This document shows, piece by piece, positions 1 to 14,338 of a stretch of 64,000 nucleotides of DNA; the first letter of the stretch is position 1; every line of letters starts with the position of its first letter. The translations under genes were made by a program, and so were the position numbers. Origin of the DNA: Chrysomallon squamiferum (lineage: Eukaryota > Animalia > Mollusca); the NCBI GenBank assembly GCA_012295275.1, contig CM022676.1:9362001-9426000 (forward strand). The letters are read 5' to 3'. A model generated the notes under the pieces. That model was given only the letters and a program-made list of their open reading frames with translations, had not been told where the DNA came from and ran no database searches.

Positions 1-1166
1 CTAAATCAAAAAATTAATTTGTTGTCTCTAAATAAAAAAAAAGCTTGGGAATTTGGATGAATGAAGGAAGAATGTTGTAAATCATTCTACATAAAATGGA
101 TGAATGTTTCAAAGGAAGAACAATATAGATAGATAAAATGATTTATAGAAGAAAATTTAACTGTGAAGAGAATCCTTATAAGCAAACATTTATTTAAATT
201 AAAAAAAAAATTCATAAAAAATGAAGAGAATTACTGATATAAAATATTCAAATAGAAATTAAAGATAAAATTGTTCAATATTTATTTAATCTGGTAAAAC
301 TGAATCCATCTTGAATTATTTTAATATGCTTGAAACGGTGCCATAACAGAAGGTGAACTCTTTTTGTTTTATTCTAAGTCGTTGTTATTAGCAACATCTG
401 CAGATAAGAACAAATAAAACAAATGGAGTACATGTTGGTGGGAAAGAAAAAAAATATTTAATTTTGAATTCATCAGAAGTAGCAAACCGTTTCAAATTCC
501 TGTTTCCACAAGACCTGAACAAATGAATAAGAAGAAATAAGATATAATAAATTTCTTTTATACAAAAAAACAAAGAAAATAAAAAGAGAGAGAAAAAGAG
601 AAAAAAGATAATAAATTAAGAAAAAAAGAAGAAAAGAAATGATCTAATGTAATTTATTTTCTAATTTATTTGCTATCAGTGTTCACACTGCGTCAGTTTT
701 ATTAAGACATTTCCCAGAATTCTGACAGGAAAAGCTCTTCAGAAAGTGAGGTCTTTTTTTTTATTATTTTTTTTTATCTAATTCTTGAGCCAATCAGTTG
801 CCATCTTAGACACCTGTCACTGAGTATCAGAAACCCACCAATCCGTGACCTGAACACAAAAACATGGAGGCAAAGCAGACGTGAAAAACACAGATTACAC
901 CTGCTGCACGTGCCAGGTCACATGATCTCAGCGACCCAGAAAGAACAGCAAATACATCAAATCAGCTTGCCTTCCTTGTCAGGGGAAAATGTGTTTATTT
1001 TTCAAGCGTTTTTTTTTTTTTTTGCTTTTTTGGAAAACTTTTCTTCTTTATGTTATTTTTTTTTTTATACTTTACTTTAAAAAAAATATATAAATGAAAT
1101 GTGTGTGTGTCTGTGTGTCATTTCATTAATTTTAAATGGTAAATATATATATTTATTTATTTGTTT

Positions 1167-1260
1167 ATATTATATTATATTATATTATATTATATTATAT
1201 TATATTATATTATATTATATTATATTATATCATATTATATTATATTATATTACATTATAT
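1167..1260. repeat. (TATAT)n pentanucleotide microsatellite
   Basis: Directly visible. Confidence 0.9.
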
Positions 1261-4244
1261 TTATCAATTTTATTTATTTATTAAATTTATTTGTTTAGAT
1301 TAACTTATTTGCATAATTATAGAAACATATTTAAATATGTTTTACATAGAGACAAACAAAAGAAATATATTGAATTTAATTATTTTTCATGCTCAAGTAT
1401 TTTATAAAAGATTGTTAGAAAATTTTCTATGTTTATTTAGAAAATTAATTAGGTGATGTTTTGGGTCAGCCTAGTGTAATAGCTATTCATCTTATTGTCA
1501 CATTATTTCTAGGAATAGATCTATGATTTTATTCTTACATTAACATCACATCAATAGTGATCTCAAAAAAAAAAAAATTACAAATAAAAATTCAGGTGTT
1601 ATATGTAATACTAATTTGACACTGAACTAACTGCAAAATAATTTGCAAATTAATCCGCAATTTATAATATTGATTATAAGATTACAAAATAGTTGACTCA
1701 TTAACATATTTTAATGCCATTTGTAATAATGATTTCTGCATTAACCTTGACTGCAAAACATTTTACAAATTAATAATATAAACGTCAATTCGCAATGACG
1801 GCCTTAAGTCAGTTTTAATAATATCGACGCTGGACTAGTTTTTATGCACCGTGTTACCCTGAAGCATAAACATTGACAGAGCAGACGTTTGTTTTGTGAA
1901 ATATCGCTGGCAAATAGTTTAAGATAAAGAGAGGAGTGGTTTGTAGATATTTAACAGCTGACTGAGTAAAAACTGTTTTTCTTCAGCGCTGGATCTTTGA
2001 ACGATCATTTCTGTACGGAACTACTCACGTTTCACGATTTTGACAGTTCGGTAAATGTTTGACGTTTTGAGGAAACACCTACGATTTTATACAAATACAT
2101 CTAGTATCTACATCGCAGACTGGATACAACAACATCAACAATAAAAATAATGTAAGAGTGAATATAATAAAAAAAAATAAATAAAATAACAACCGGTTTA
2201 TTTTTGTTTTTGGATTTAGAAAGAAAGAAGCGAAAATCAAGTTTTTTTTCATAAATGAAATAAACACTGCTGCTGGTTGTAGTAGTTGTTGGTGGTAGTG
2301 ATGACGGTGGTGATGTTGTTGCAATAGCTAGTGCATTTACTACTAGAACTACTTTCAAATAAACATAATTTTGATTCAAAACATATTATAATATATTTTA
2401 TTCTAAGCAATCCTAAAATATATTATCTTTTCATTCATGACGCATTACCTCTAACTTTTTACTTCTATTTTTTATTTTATTTTATTTTTTCCAGTTCACC
2501 ACATCCTGACCGAAATGGTTCATTTACTTAATTAGTATTTAACCAATTAACACTATTTAATGACCAAACGTGTTTCCAAATCTAATGAATAAACAGCACA
2601 TGACCTTTTAACCAGACATCATCAAACATACGACAGACAGCAACTGTTAAATTTTGTTAATTCATAATTCATCTGCATAATATTTACATTGATTTGCAAC
2701 CTGTTTTCAAACAGCTGTGACGGTTATTTCATTACTTTATTTTAATATCAAAAGTTATTAGGCATGAAGAAATAAATATCTGTGTAACAGCAATTCAAAA
2801 TATTTCAGATACTAAAAAGTTATTAGGTGCAAAGAAATAAATATCTGTTTAACAATAATTTAAAATGTTTTTTTTATTAAAGTTATTAGGCATGAACAAA
2901 AATTTTTTTTTTTTTCAAAATAGTTCTGTATATTTATATGTCTAAACATAATATTTGTCTGGAAACATAAAATAGTTTCTGTGAAGTAATAATTTTCAGA
3001 AGTAAAACTGAAATTTTAAGAAAATGAGTATATAAATACATTCATAAGGTGCCTGCTAAAGAACATTTTGACAATTGGTAAAAGCATACATAGAAGAAAG
3101 CAAATTTCTTCCCTGACATAAAAGCAAAAACAAAAGCCCATTTCTATGTAAAACTTCTGAAACAGTAACTAAACAACAATATAACACACACAGACACACA
3201 CACACACTTGTAGCTATACAGAACATTCCAAGAAAAAAAAAAAAAAACAATGCTGAAGACAAAAGAAACAAGATAATGGTTATGTCTGAATAACATTTCT
3301 CTTCCTATTTCAACACTTTGATCGTGTGTTTGATCTCTTGAACAATTTTTTTGACTAAACACAGTTCAGTATGGATATGTGTTTCATCATTTTCTCTCTG
3401 CTAAAGATACTAGCTCATGTGTATGTGTGTATGTGTGTTCTATATGCACACATATACTCATTTTTAAATGCAAATCTTTAAACACACACACACACACATG
3501 CATATATACAGCCTTGCGTACATACACCATTATATTGTAATAACTTTATAAAAGGTGCAGAAATAAATTACACAAGGCACAAAACAGCTGTTCCATTAAA
3601 CATAAAAGGACGTCATCTTTATAGGATAATGTAAAATTGATAGTAGTTTCCTGACATCGTTTATTGTTAGTCAAAACAGACCTGACCCGGCACCTCAATA
3701 TTTATGCAGTTTATCGTCACACATACATGCATTAGAGGTCTGCTGTTAAATGACTGTAATGGCGGTGTTTGACTGAAAATCCTTCGCCTCGTAATTCTTT
3801 CAACCATACGGAAACGTAAATGCACTATTAATGGGAAATGTGTTTCGTCCCCATCTTTCTTTCTCGAGCGTATTTTTCATTTCGGTCATTAGCCGAGCTT
3901 CTTCAAAATGACGAAACAGATATATTTATTTTCTTTGTATGATAAATAGATTAACCTTGTTTTTACACCGGTTTGTGCTAAAGTCGCATGGAAAACTGAA
4001 TTAAATGTCATTTCTGGCAAAGATAAACTGACTTGAAGACTAGTTATTAAATAGTTTCTATATAAAAAAAAAAAAATCCATCTTCTGTATAATAAATAAG
4101 TGTGTATATATATGTGTGTGTGTGTGTGTTGCATGTGTGAATAACAGAATACATTTATATCTAAAACCATACCAGTTTCAAAGTACATTTTTCAAACCTA
4201 ACTCTACATACAAAGCTACATATCAAAATAAACGAGTGTATTTT

Positions 4245-4280
<36 letters not shown>

Positions 4281-6402
4281 GTAAATTTTATTTTTAATCA
4301 AAGACATATTGTTTGTTCTTTCAGACACTACTGAAAAATAAAAATAAAAAACACTCCAAGAAAAATCTTTAAGTCATTGAACAGTTAATGCATTGTAAAA
4401 AAAGCATAAAAAGATTAAAAACAAAAACGGAAGTTAATCAGAAACATATTCACTTAATATCAGTCTTCATCTATTTTTATTCTCTGTTTTATAAAATTTT
4501 AATCTCTCTCTCTCTCTGTCTGTCTCTTAGATCGTATAAAATAATTTACTCCAAAGTAATACAAACATTTTTTTTAACAGTACAGTAAATCTTTTGTTTC
4601 TATAATCTCTATAAAAAAAGAAGAAGTAAAACTGGAAATAAATTTAAAATAATAAATCTGATAAAAATGAACCTGGGCTAAACAGTGTACCAAAAACAAG
4701 AATTTAAAGTAAACCAAAAAGATTAAAGAATAAATTTAAAAAAAATAAGATTTAAAAAGACAAAGACCAGTTTGTAAATTATCCAATGTTAATTTCATAT
4801 ACTCTGAATTTTTTTTTTTTTTTGTTCTTCAACTGCTTTTATTTATTATTCATTATTCTAACTTAACTCCGAAAAACACCTTAAACACATTTTCTTAACC
4901 TTCAACCTTTGCTGACAATAAAGTTTAATCAAGTTACAGCTGTTCTGTGCCATAAATTTATCAGCTCTTCTCGCAGAACAACAGAATCTTTTACATAAAA
5001 ATTTATTTTAAGAACAGATTGTATTTCAAATAACAATGAAATATTCAGAAAAATAAAAAAAATAAAAATAAAAATAAAAAGTAAAATAAAATAAAACGGA
5101 ATAAAAAAGACTTATTTCAGTATCTAGTTACAAACTGTAGATACGCTGAACACTCGTGTTATTCACCTACAGCGCTGATATCAACAGAAGGAAGAGCGAT
5201 AAGGCTTAAAACATCTCAAAAGCATAGACGCACTATAATGGAGGCTTTTATCTTCTTCTTTTTTTTTTTTTCAAAATGGACGTTTTAAAAAAAAAAAAAC
5301 TATAAAACGAAACACACGTCTGTTGTAGAAACCCCCCCACCTATCCCCATAAAAAAGAAAAAAAAAAGAAAAAAAAAAGCCAAACACACCTGAACAATAT
5401 CAGCATTGTGCAAAAAAAAAATCCAGGTAATAAATGTTTTTTAATGCACACCTCCATTTTTTTTTTTTTAATGACAACACCAAAACATAAAACGTCACCT
5501 TTGAACTCAGTTTTAACGAAACTTTTCACAGTCTTCTTCCTGGATCTGAATATAAATTTTGTTTAGGATAATGCAGAAATGAGAGAAGAAGAAAAAAAGA
5601 AAGGAAGGGAGAAGAAAATGAAGTGAAAAGAAGAATAAATATTTGTAATAGAAGACTAGTCTGGTTTGCAGTCAACTGTGTTTAATTGAATTTAAAGTGT
5701 GCATTTTTGGGTGCAAATGCATTTTATGAAAATTATGCAGGATTTTTGCCATTGAAATGTTTAAAAAAAAAAAAGAAAAGAATAAAAAGAAATGTGGTAC
5801 ATGTTAAACAAGTCTGCAAAGGTTTTTTTTTTTTTTTTTTTTAAATTTCTGAATATGAAAGGATATGACTAAATGGAAAATGAAAGATTTGTTTTTCTGT
5901 TTTACTATATATAGAGTTGTTTTAAGATTCACATTCACACACAAATATATACAATGACAGACACACACACACTCACATATCTACAGTCTGAAAAAATTAA
6001 TAAACAAGGAAAATATCTGCAAAATTTTGTTTTACCAAGCTCACTATAAATAAAGTTATTTCAAGTTAAAAAAAAAACGTATTCACAAAATCATACCTAC
6101 AGTCTGAAAACAACAACAACAACAACAACAACAGCAACAAAAAAGAATAATAAATAAATAATAAACTAAAAAGAAATAAAAATCAGTTTAATATTTATAA
6201 ATATTTTGTTCTACTAAGTCTACTGGTACACACAAACACACACACAAATATACATACACACATACATACATATATCTATATAAAGCAGTGTTTACACACA
6301 CATATATAAAACAGAAATCCAACACCATAAACAGGTCTGTGGTTAAAAAAAAAAGAAATAAAAGAAAAAGAAGTTCCATGCTTGAAGAGATCTTAACAAG
6401 GA

Positions 6403-6457
6403 TCCATTCACTACGAAATCGGTTCTGCATGAGTAACCGGTTTCGGTAGTGATTGGG
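6403..6457. ncRNA. Pre-miRNA-like hairpin (candidate, strand uncertain)
   Basis: TCCATTCACTACGAAATCGGTT [CTGCATGAGT] AACCGGTTTCGGTAGTGATTGGG: about 21 pairs on the plus strand (two G:U), one bulge, one mismatch, 10-nt loop. No match to a miRNA family I recognise. Confidence 0.35.
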
Positions 6458-6564
6458 AGACAAAACCTGTCACTTGAAATGACAGTCACAGTCATTTGAG
6501 TCTGCTGAAAGGTGACATCTACCTCTGAATGATGGAGGTGGGTTAGATAGATGGGTGGGAGGGT

Positions 6565-6599
<35 letters not shown>

Positions 6600-7147
6600 C
6601 TGTCTGTGAATGATGTGAAGATGACCATGTCCAGTCATGTGTCAAATTGATTTGGGGCCGAAAACTCAACTGATAAACTTAACAGTCATGGTTGAACGGC
6701 AATACAAAAAAAAAAATAACTAAACTGTGAAATTAGATTTGGGTGAAAAACATGGAGTGGTGTTTGTCTCTGTGTTTTCATACAAGTTTGACAGGAAAAC
6801 CAGAAACTTTTACATGAAAACAAGTCACCTCTTGACTGCCACATTCAATTAGCTAATTTCCCAGTCCAACCAAGACTCTTAACAGAAGGTTTGTATTTTA
6901 AATAATGATGTTGATGGTGATGGTGATGGTGATGTAAAGATGATAATAATGAAAACAACAAGAATGACATAAATAATAATAATGAAAATAATAATAATAA
7001 TAAATAATAATAATAATAAATTAATTAAATAATAATGAAGAAAATGATAATAATTCTTCAACAAATATTAGAACAGTGGATTTCTTTGCTGATCAAATAT
7101 TAGTAATAGTACTTTTAGCAACTTTAATTGTGAAGATCCTATTGCCA

Positions 7148-7205
7148 TATGTATGTATATATGTATGTATGTATATATGTATGTTTCTATGTATGTATGT
7201 ATGTA

Positions 7206-7252
<47 letters not shown>

Positions 7253-7630
7253 TTGTATGTATGTATGTATGTGTGTATGTATGTATGTATGTGTGTATGT
7301 GTATGTATGTATGTATGTATGTTTGTATGTATGTATGTATGTATGTATGTGTGTATGTATGTATGTATGTATGTATGTATGTATGTATGTATGTATGTAT
7401 GTTTGTGTGTGTATATATGTATGTATGTGTGTGTGTGTATGTATGTATGTATGTATGTGTGTGTGTGTATGTATGTATGTGTGTATGTATGTATGTGTGT
7501 ATGTGTATGTATGTATGTATGTGTGTATGTATATATGTGTGTATGTGTATGTGTGTGTGTATGTGTGTGTATGTGTATGTATGTATGTGTGTATGTGTAT
7601 GTATGTATGTGTGTGCATGTATGTATGTAT
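7148..7630. repeat. Compound (TATG)n/(TG)n microsatellite
   Basis: Directly visible; explains the MYVC/HTYI ORFs. Confidence 0.95.
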
Positions 7631-7794
7631 AACACAGAGTATATCTCACCTTCATCACATCAGACTACATGAATGAGAAAGTGAAAACTGAATTTAGGAT
7701 ACATACACAGGCAAGTTTATCCCTTCTTCTTTCCTTTCCTCTCACATCTCTGTATGTCATATTATACATACAAAGAGACAGTGAGATACATAAA

Positions 7795-7825
<31 letters not shown>

Positions 7826-9503
7826 TACACACATATACACATATATTATACACACACACACACATCCACATACACAGCAGACACACACAGACACACACAC
7901 ACCTATACATATCAATAAAACACACAAAAAACACTTTCACCACCACCAACCAACAAAAAGCTTTATTCCCCCCCTTCCATCCACCTCCACAGACAACTTT
8001 AATACCCAAACAGCAGCAGGCTCAAAGCAAAGAGCTTGAATCAACAGGAAAACAATTCAACCTTTTCAAGTATTTCAGCTTGCCTGTAGGACACCAGTCA
8101 ACATGAAGGAGAAAAAGTGATCTCTCCGTGGGCATGTTTACACTAGCATTAAGATCTAAATTGCGATCTATGGCAAGTAAAGTGACCACTTGATAGTTTT
8201 ATTTACACCAATTGAGAATGGTCCACAAGCATGCATGCGGTATCTACTGTATTCGTTAGGGGATCTTGTGGGATACCATTTGTAGATAATTCATAAAATC
8301 CAGATGCATTTTTTTTATTTTTTTTTTATATTCACCTTAAGTTTAGATATGGATTATGTGTGAGGATTAAGTATCATCCAGTTAAAGAAATGATAAGGAT
8401 AACAGTATTGTGTAGCTTGTAGATAGATAGGTAGATGGATGGATATATATATATATATTGTTATATATATATATAATTACTATTCTCATTATATATTTAC
8501 ATCTCTCTTATTTATAAATCTCTTACTTGTCGACTAACTCTTCTCAGTCTGTCATTCTATTTCTTTTATATCTTCTCTTTATCATATTCTCTCTGTCTTT
8601 CTCTCAAACTCTCTCTTTCTCATTCTTTCTTACTTGTAACTCTCTCTCTCTCTCTCTCCAGGTCTTTTTATATACTTCTTTGTCTTAATTCATTCCTTTT
8701 AAACCTCTCTATCTCTCTCTCTAGCTCTCTCCATCTCACATTTTACATGTATAAAACTATCTTTATCTTTCATTCTTTCTCTCTTTTTTAATCATTCTTT
8801 CTCTCATTCTCTCTCTAATTTATTCTCTTGTACATTCTCTCTTTTTTCTCTTCTTATACTTTGTATCTTTCTTTTCATCATTCTCTCATTCATTTTCTAG
8901 GTTCTTATTTTTTCCTATTTAGAATTCTTTTGTTTTATTTCTCTTCTATTTTTCCCTTCTCTCTTTCCTTTTATATCATCTCTTTGTCATTCTCTTATTC
9001 ATTCATTCATTCTCTCTCTCTCTCTCTAACATATCGTGACTTTACAATTCTCATGAACTCAAAAACATATATTACTTTGTCTCAGACTTTGGTGTTAATA
9101 TCTTATGTCAACTTTGACACATTTGTTTACTAACAAGTTTACAATAATAGGGTCAGTTTTGAAAAAAAACAATGTTTTTTTTTAACTTAATGTGACATGG
9201 TTTGAAAAGAATAGTTAATGGTAAATAATTTAGAAAGTATTTTATATATAAATATATATTAACTATTTGTTATTAAAAAAAACATATGGATTAAGAACTT
9301 AATAAAAAAATATCTCTCAAATTATATTTTTAAATAAATGCATTTTTAAAATTTGAAAACAGTTTATGCAGTAAATTATTCTATATAAATAAAGACACAC
9401 TTATATAATTTAACATAAATAATAATAAAAAAATTAAAAATTCAAAAAAACCACACTTGTAAATCTATTAAAATGTGAAAACTGTTAATAATGTCTTACA
9501 GAA

Positions 9504-9521
9504 GAATTGAACCCACGACCT
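9504..9521 (-). mobile_element. Possible remnant of a tRNA-derived SINE head
   Basis: Minus strand AGGTCGTGGGTTCAATTC resembles a tRNA variable loop, T-arm and B-box. No cloverleaf or intact A-box nearby. Confidence 0.3.
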
Positions 9522-10389
9522 ATGATACTTTTGTCAAACACATTTCAGCTTTAATAAACAGTTCTAAGTTTGATATTCTGTACAGACAACAACACATCAT
9601 GTACACCAAAACTAATTTCCATTTCCAGTATAAGGTTAATCTGACAGGAATATTAATATAGCCATATGTTGCATATCAAATGCATGTTTTGAATATTTTA
9701 TTCCAAACTATACAAATTTTATACAAAATCTGCATTTGAACAACTGGCATAAAAAATTTAAAGTTGTTGCAGTATTTGCTTATTTCTGTACACATTTTAG
9801 AATGCATAAATTACAAACTTTTTATTGTTTTATGTATGTTTTTGTATTTTTTTTTATGTCAATCTGATGTGTTTTCATGTATCACATATTTCTGTGCTAT
9901 ATTTTGTTGCATAAAGTTGACACATTTTAAATGTATTACAACTGACAGCATTTGCTGTTTCAAATTTAACCCCCCCCACCTGTGTTTCTAAATAATTTAT
10001 TAATTTATTAATTTATTTAAAAGCAAATAGAATAAATGAAAACATAAATAAATGTAAAAAACAAAAGAGAATAAAATAAAATAAAAAATGAAATAAATAA
10101 AAATTATCCAAATAAAAAATTATAGATTTTAAAATTAAAAAAGGCAATATTAAATAGAATAAATAGAAACACAAATAAATGTAAATAACAAAATAAAATT
10201 ATATAACATAATAAAAATGAAATAAATAAAAATTATGCAAATAAAAAAAAAGCAAAGTAAAAGGCACACCTGAACAGGTTTGAATGTAGAACTAGTAATT
10301 GTTTCTAATTTAAACAGGTAATAAAAAACTATGGTGAGCAAAAAGGTAAACATGAAAAACTGGTTTTGTTAATTAAAAATTAGAATAAA

Positions 10390-11500
10390 AAAATTAATTT
10401 TTAAAAATAAAAAAAAAAAGAGAGAAAAAAAGAAAAAAAAAAAAAAGAAAATAAAAAAAAAAAAAAAAGGATATGGTTTGAAAAGAAAAAAGAAGAAATG
10501 AAACAGAAATTTTTGCATTTAAAGAAAAAAAAAGTAAAAGAAATGAAAAAACCATATAAATAAGAAAGAAAATCAATGTAAAATTGAAAGAAAAAAGGAG
10601 GGATAGAAAAAAGAAAAAATATGTTTGACTAAAAGAAAAAAGAAAAGATAGAAAGAATAAGAGAAATTTTAGACTGAAAGAAAAAAATGAAAGAGAGATA
10701 GAAAGAAAAAAAGAATATGATAAAAAGAAAAAAAAAAAAATAAAGAAAGAAAAAAAAAAAATTAATGGACAGATCAAAATAAAAAAAAAAAAAGAAATGA
10801 AACAAAAATTTTAAAAAATAGTAAAACTGAAAGTGAAAGAAAAAAAAAAAACTGAAAGTAAAAAAAATTGAAAACTGAAAGTACCAAAAATAAAAAAAAT
10901 GAAAGAAAAATCAGAATGAAAAAATAAATTGATAAACTGAAAGAGAAACAAAAGACAAATGAAAGAATAAATAGAGAAATGAAAACTGAAAGGAAATATA
11001 GAAAGAAGAAAAGAATATGATAGAAAGAAAAGAAAGAAAAAGAAAAAAAAAAAATACAAATAGAAAAAAAAAAAAATTAAATGGTCAGAAATGAAAAAAA
11101 AAAATGAAAAAGAAAGATACAAATAGAAAAAGAAAGTAGAAAAATAGCTTTGAAAAAAAACAAATAGTAAAACTGAAAGTACAAAAGAAATGAAAATACA
11201 AACAAATAGTAAAAAAGAAAAGAACAAATAGCAAAAAGAAAGTAAAAAAAAAGAAAATGAAAAAAATACAAACAAATAGTAAAAATGAAAGTACAAGCAA
11301 ATAGCAAATAGAAAATAAAACTGAAAAAAAGAAAGTACAAGCAAATAAAAAAATGAAAAAATAAAACAAATAGCAGAAATGAAAGTATCAAATAAAGTAA
11401 AAATTAAAATACAAACAAATGAAAGTATCAGTAGAAAAGAAAGTAAACCCAAAAGGAACAGAGAGAAATGAATATGAGAAAAAAAAAAAAAAAAAAAAAA
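10390..11500. repeat. A-rich low-complexity tract with degenerate internal duplications
   Basis: Recurrent AAATAGTAAAACTGAAAGT-like units, and a block AGAATATGATA ... AATTAATGG that occurs twice. Confidence 0.7.
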
Positions 11501-13595
11501 GCTCCTCACAAGTTATTGTCTCCAGTAAACAATTTTTAATTTTCTTGGCACCTTTTATTTATAAGAGATATATTTATTAAGCTTTCTAAACACAGTTTTT
11601 AATATATGACCTCAGTCATGAAAAGTTGTGATCCACGTTTTGAGATCAAAGGAACGAAAATGTGACCTGATTCCTTTGATTCTCCTGAAATGAACAACTT
11701 GTAATGGCAGCCATTTTGGATCACTAATAAAGTTGAAAAGAAGAAAGAAGGATCACTGGTAAGCAAAACTATCAATATGAAGTAGCTTGTATGAAGTACA
11801 AATATTTACTAGTTTGCTGAAGAAAGCTGAAAAGATTTCTAAAGAAGAAAATTAAAAAAAAAAAAAAAAAAAATTAAAATAAAAATAAAAAATAAAATTA
11901 TCTTGTTTTAATTAATTATTTTAATTTTTATTAAAGAAAAAAAAAATGTTAAAAAAGAAAATTTATTTATATAATTAAAGAATTGAAAAAAAAAAAGAAA
12001 GAAAATAAATGAAACAAAAAGAAGAAACAAAAAAAATTAATTTTTTTTTTTTTTAGAAACTGAAAAAAGATTTAGATGAAAAATAAGCAAAATTAAGACA
12101 GAAAGAACAGATAAAAAGGAACATTTACAGAAAGATAAATAAAAAAACCCTAATAAAAACAACTAAAAACTCCTCAAAAAAAGGAAAGAAAGAAAAAACA
12201 ACAATTAAAATAAGACCAAAAAATAAGACATAAATCTTAACACATACAAAAAAAAAAAAATAATAATAAAAAATCTTTTTTTTTTAATTAACTTTTTTTG
12301 CTACAGATCTTTAGCTTATACAAATTTGTAAATATTTGTATCTCACAAAAACAGTTTTTCTTATTAACTTTGCTTCCATTACAAAACCTCCACTCTTCAA
12401 CATTTTCATTTAATCTGAACTCACGAAAGAACTAAAAAATTTCTGCAACTTGGTACATAAACAACCGTTTCATTTGAAACATGAAAAAAAAAAAAAACGT
12501 TATACAGAAAAAGATTCAGGTCAATTTATTATTATTTCTTTGAAGTCAAAACCTATTCACAGCTATTCGACAACCCCGCGAATATTAAAAACCATGCATT
12601 CAACTCACAACTAGCTATTTATCTGCTTCAAAAAAAAAAAAGTTTCCATGAATATTAAAAAAAATACTGTAGTGTGCTGTACTCACAAAAACTAGGTGTT
12701 TGGTCAAAAGGAAAATAGTAGTTAGCATTTTCCTATAATGACTGATCTGAAAATGAAAAGCTCTTTAGTAATGGAGGAATAACACACAGTTTGTAAAGAG
12801 TTTGGCTTTGAACATTTAGGTAAAAAAAACAACAACTTTGTACCTTTACGAAGCGTTTCAATAGAAATATTTTGTATTGTTCTGAGGCTAAAGTTTTCTG
12901 TGGCAGTTTTAATTTGTTTGTGGGTCAATGGTAACATTTTATTTTATTTTATTTTATTTATTTATTTTTATTATTACATGCTTATTTATTTAATATTTGT
13001 TTGTTTTTGTGTTGGTATTAAATTTTTTTTTTTTTTTAATTTTTATTATTAATGTTGATTTATTTAATACTTGCATGTTTGTGTGTGTTGGTGATAGTTG
13101 TTTTATTTTTGTTTTAATTATTGTTTTATTAATGTTTTAGTGTTTAACAACTGTCATATTTCATTTGTCACAGTGTTTGTATTGACTGCAGCCTAAGTTC
13201 AGGTAATGATATAAGAAAACTGTTTACTGCTAATTTTTTATTCAACATTTATTATGAAACCATTTCAAATTTATTCCTTTATGGATTTCTGTTTATATAA
13301 ACATATACATAGACAGACAGACAGAGAGACATATATATATATATTTATATATATATATACACACGCACATATACATTTATATATATATATATGTACAGAC
13401 ACACACACAGACACACACACATATTATGACTGCAAGGTTTTGCAAAAATGTTTATATATCATTTGTTTGTGTTATTTTGTGTTGTTGTTTTTTCTTTTCT
13501 GGCAATGAAAGTATTATTTTCATTTCACATATTCATTCATTTACATTAGGTTTCACCACAGTTAAATAAATAAATAAATATTAATAACCTTTATT

Positions 13596-13629
<34 letters not shown>

Positions 13630-13989
13630 TTATTTTTTTTTTTCTGATTATTTTTCAAATATTTTCTGCTGTTGTTGTATTTAAAAAAAACCAAAAGGAA
13701 ACAAGGACTCAACATGTTGAAAACAACTCCATGTTATCACCATTATAACTTTTACTTCTTCACCCCACCCCAGAATATTCTGGAACTTTCCTGAATTTAA
13801 ACGGTTTAAGCAAAAACAGACAAACATGTCTGCTGTCACCAGTTTATATTTTACACCATCACCCCTGCAGAACTGTTTGTGTATCTGCCCTGAATTTAAC
13901 TTTTTAATTAAAAACAAACATGTCTGCCATCATTGATAAAACTGTTAGTCATACCCCCCACTTAGAACAGTTCCTTATATTTATAGTCA

Positions 13990-14267
13990 CCCTTTCTCTC
14001 TTTCTTCTTCCCTCTCTCTCTTCTTCCCTCCTCTCTCTCCTTATCTCTCTCTCTCTCTCTCATTCCCTCTCTCTTTCTATCTTTCTCTATCTCTCTCTCC
14101 TTCCCTCTCTCTTTCTATCTCTCTATCTCTCTCCTTCTCTCTTTCTTTCTCTCTCTCTCCTTCCCTTTCCCTCTCTCTCTCTCCTCTATCTCTCTATCTC
14201 TCTCCTTCCCTCTCTCTTTCTTTCTCTCTTCCTCTCTCTCTCCCTCTCTCTCCTCCTCTCTCTCTCT

Positions 14268-14338
<71 letters not shown>

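Noticed and set aside
3817-3828. TAAATGCACTAT resembling the 5' end of miR-277
   Set aside because: Only 12 nt match and no hairpin is visible.
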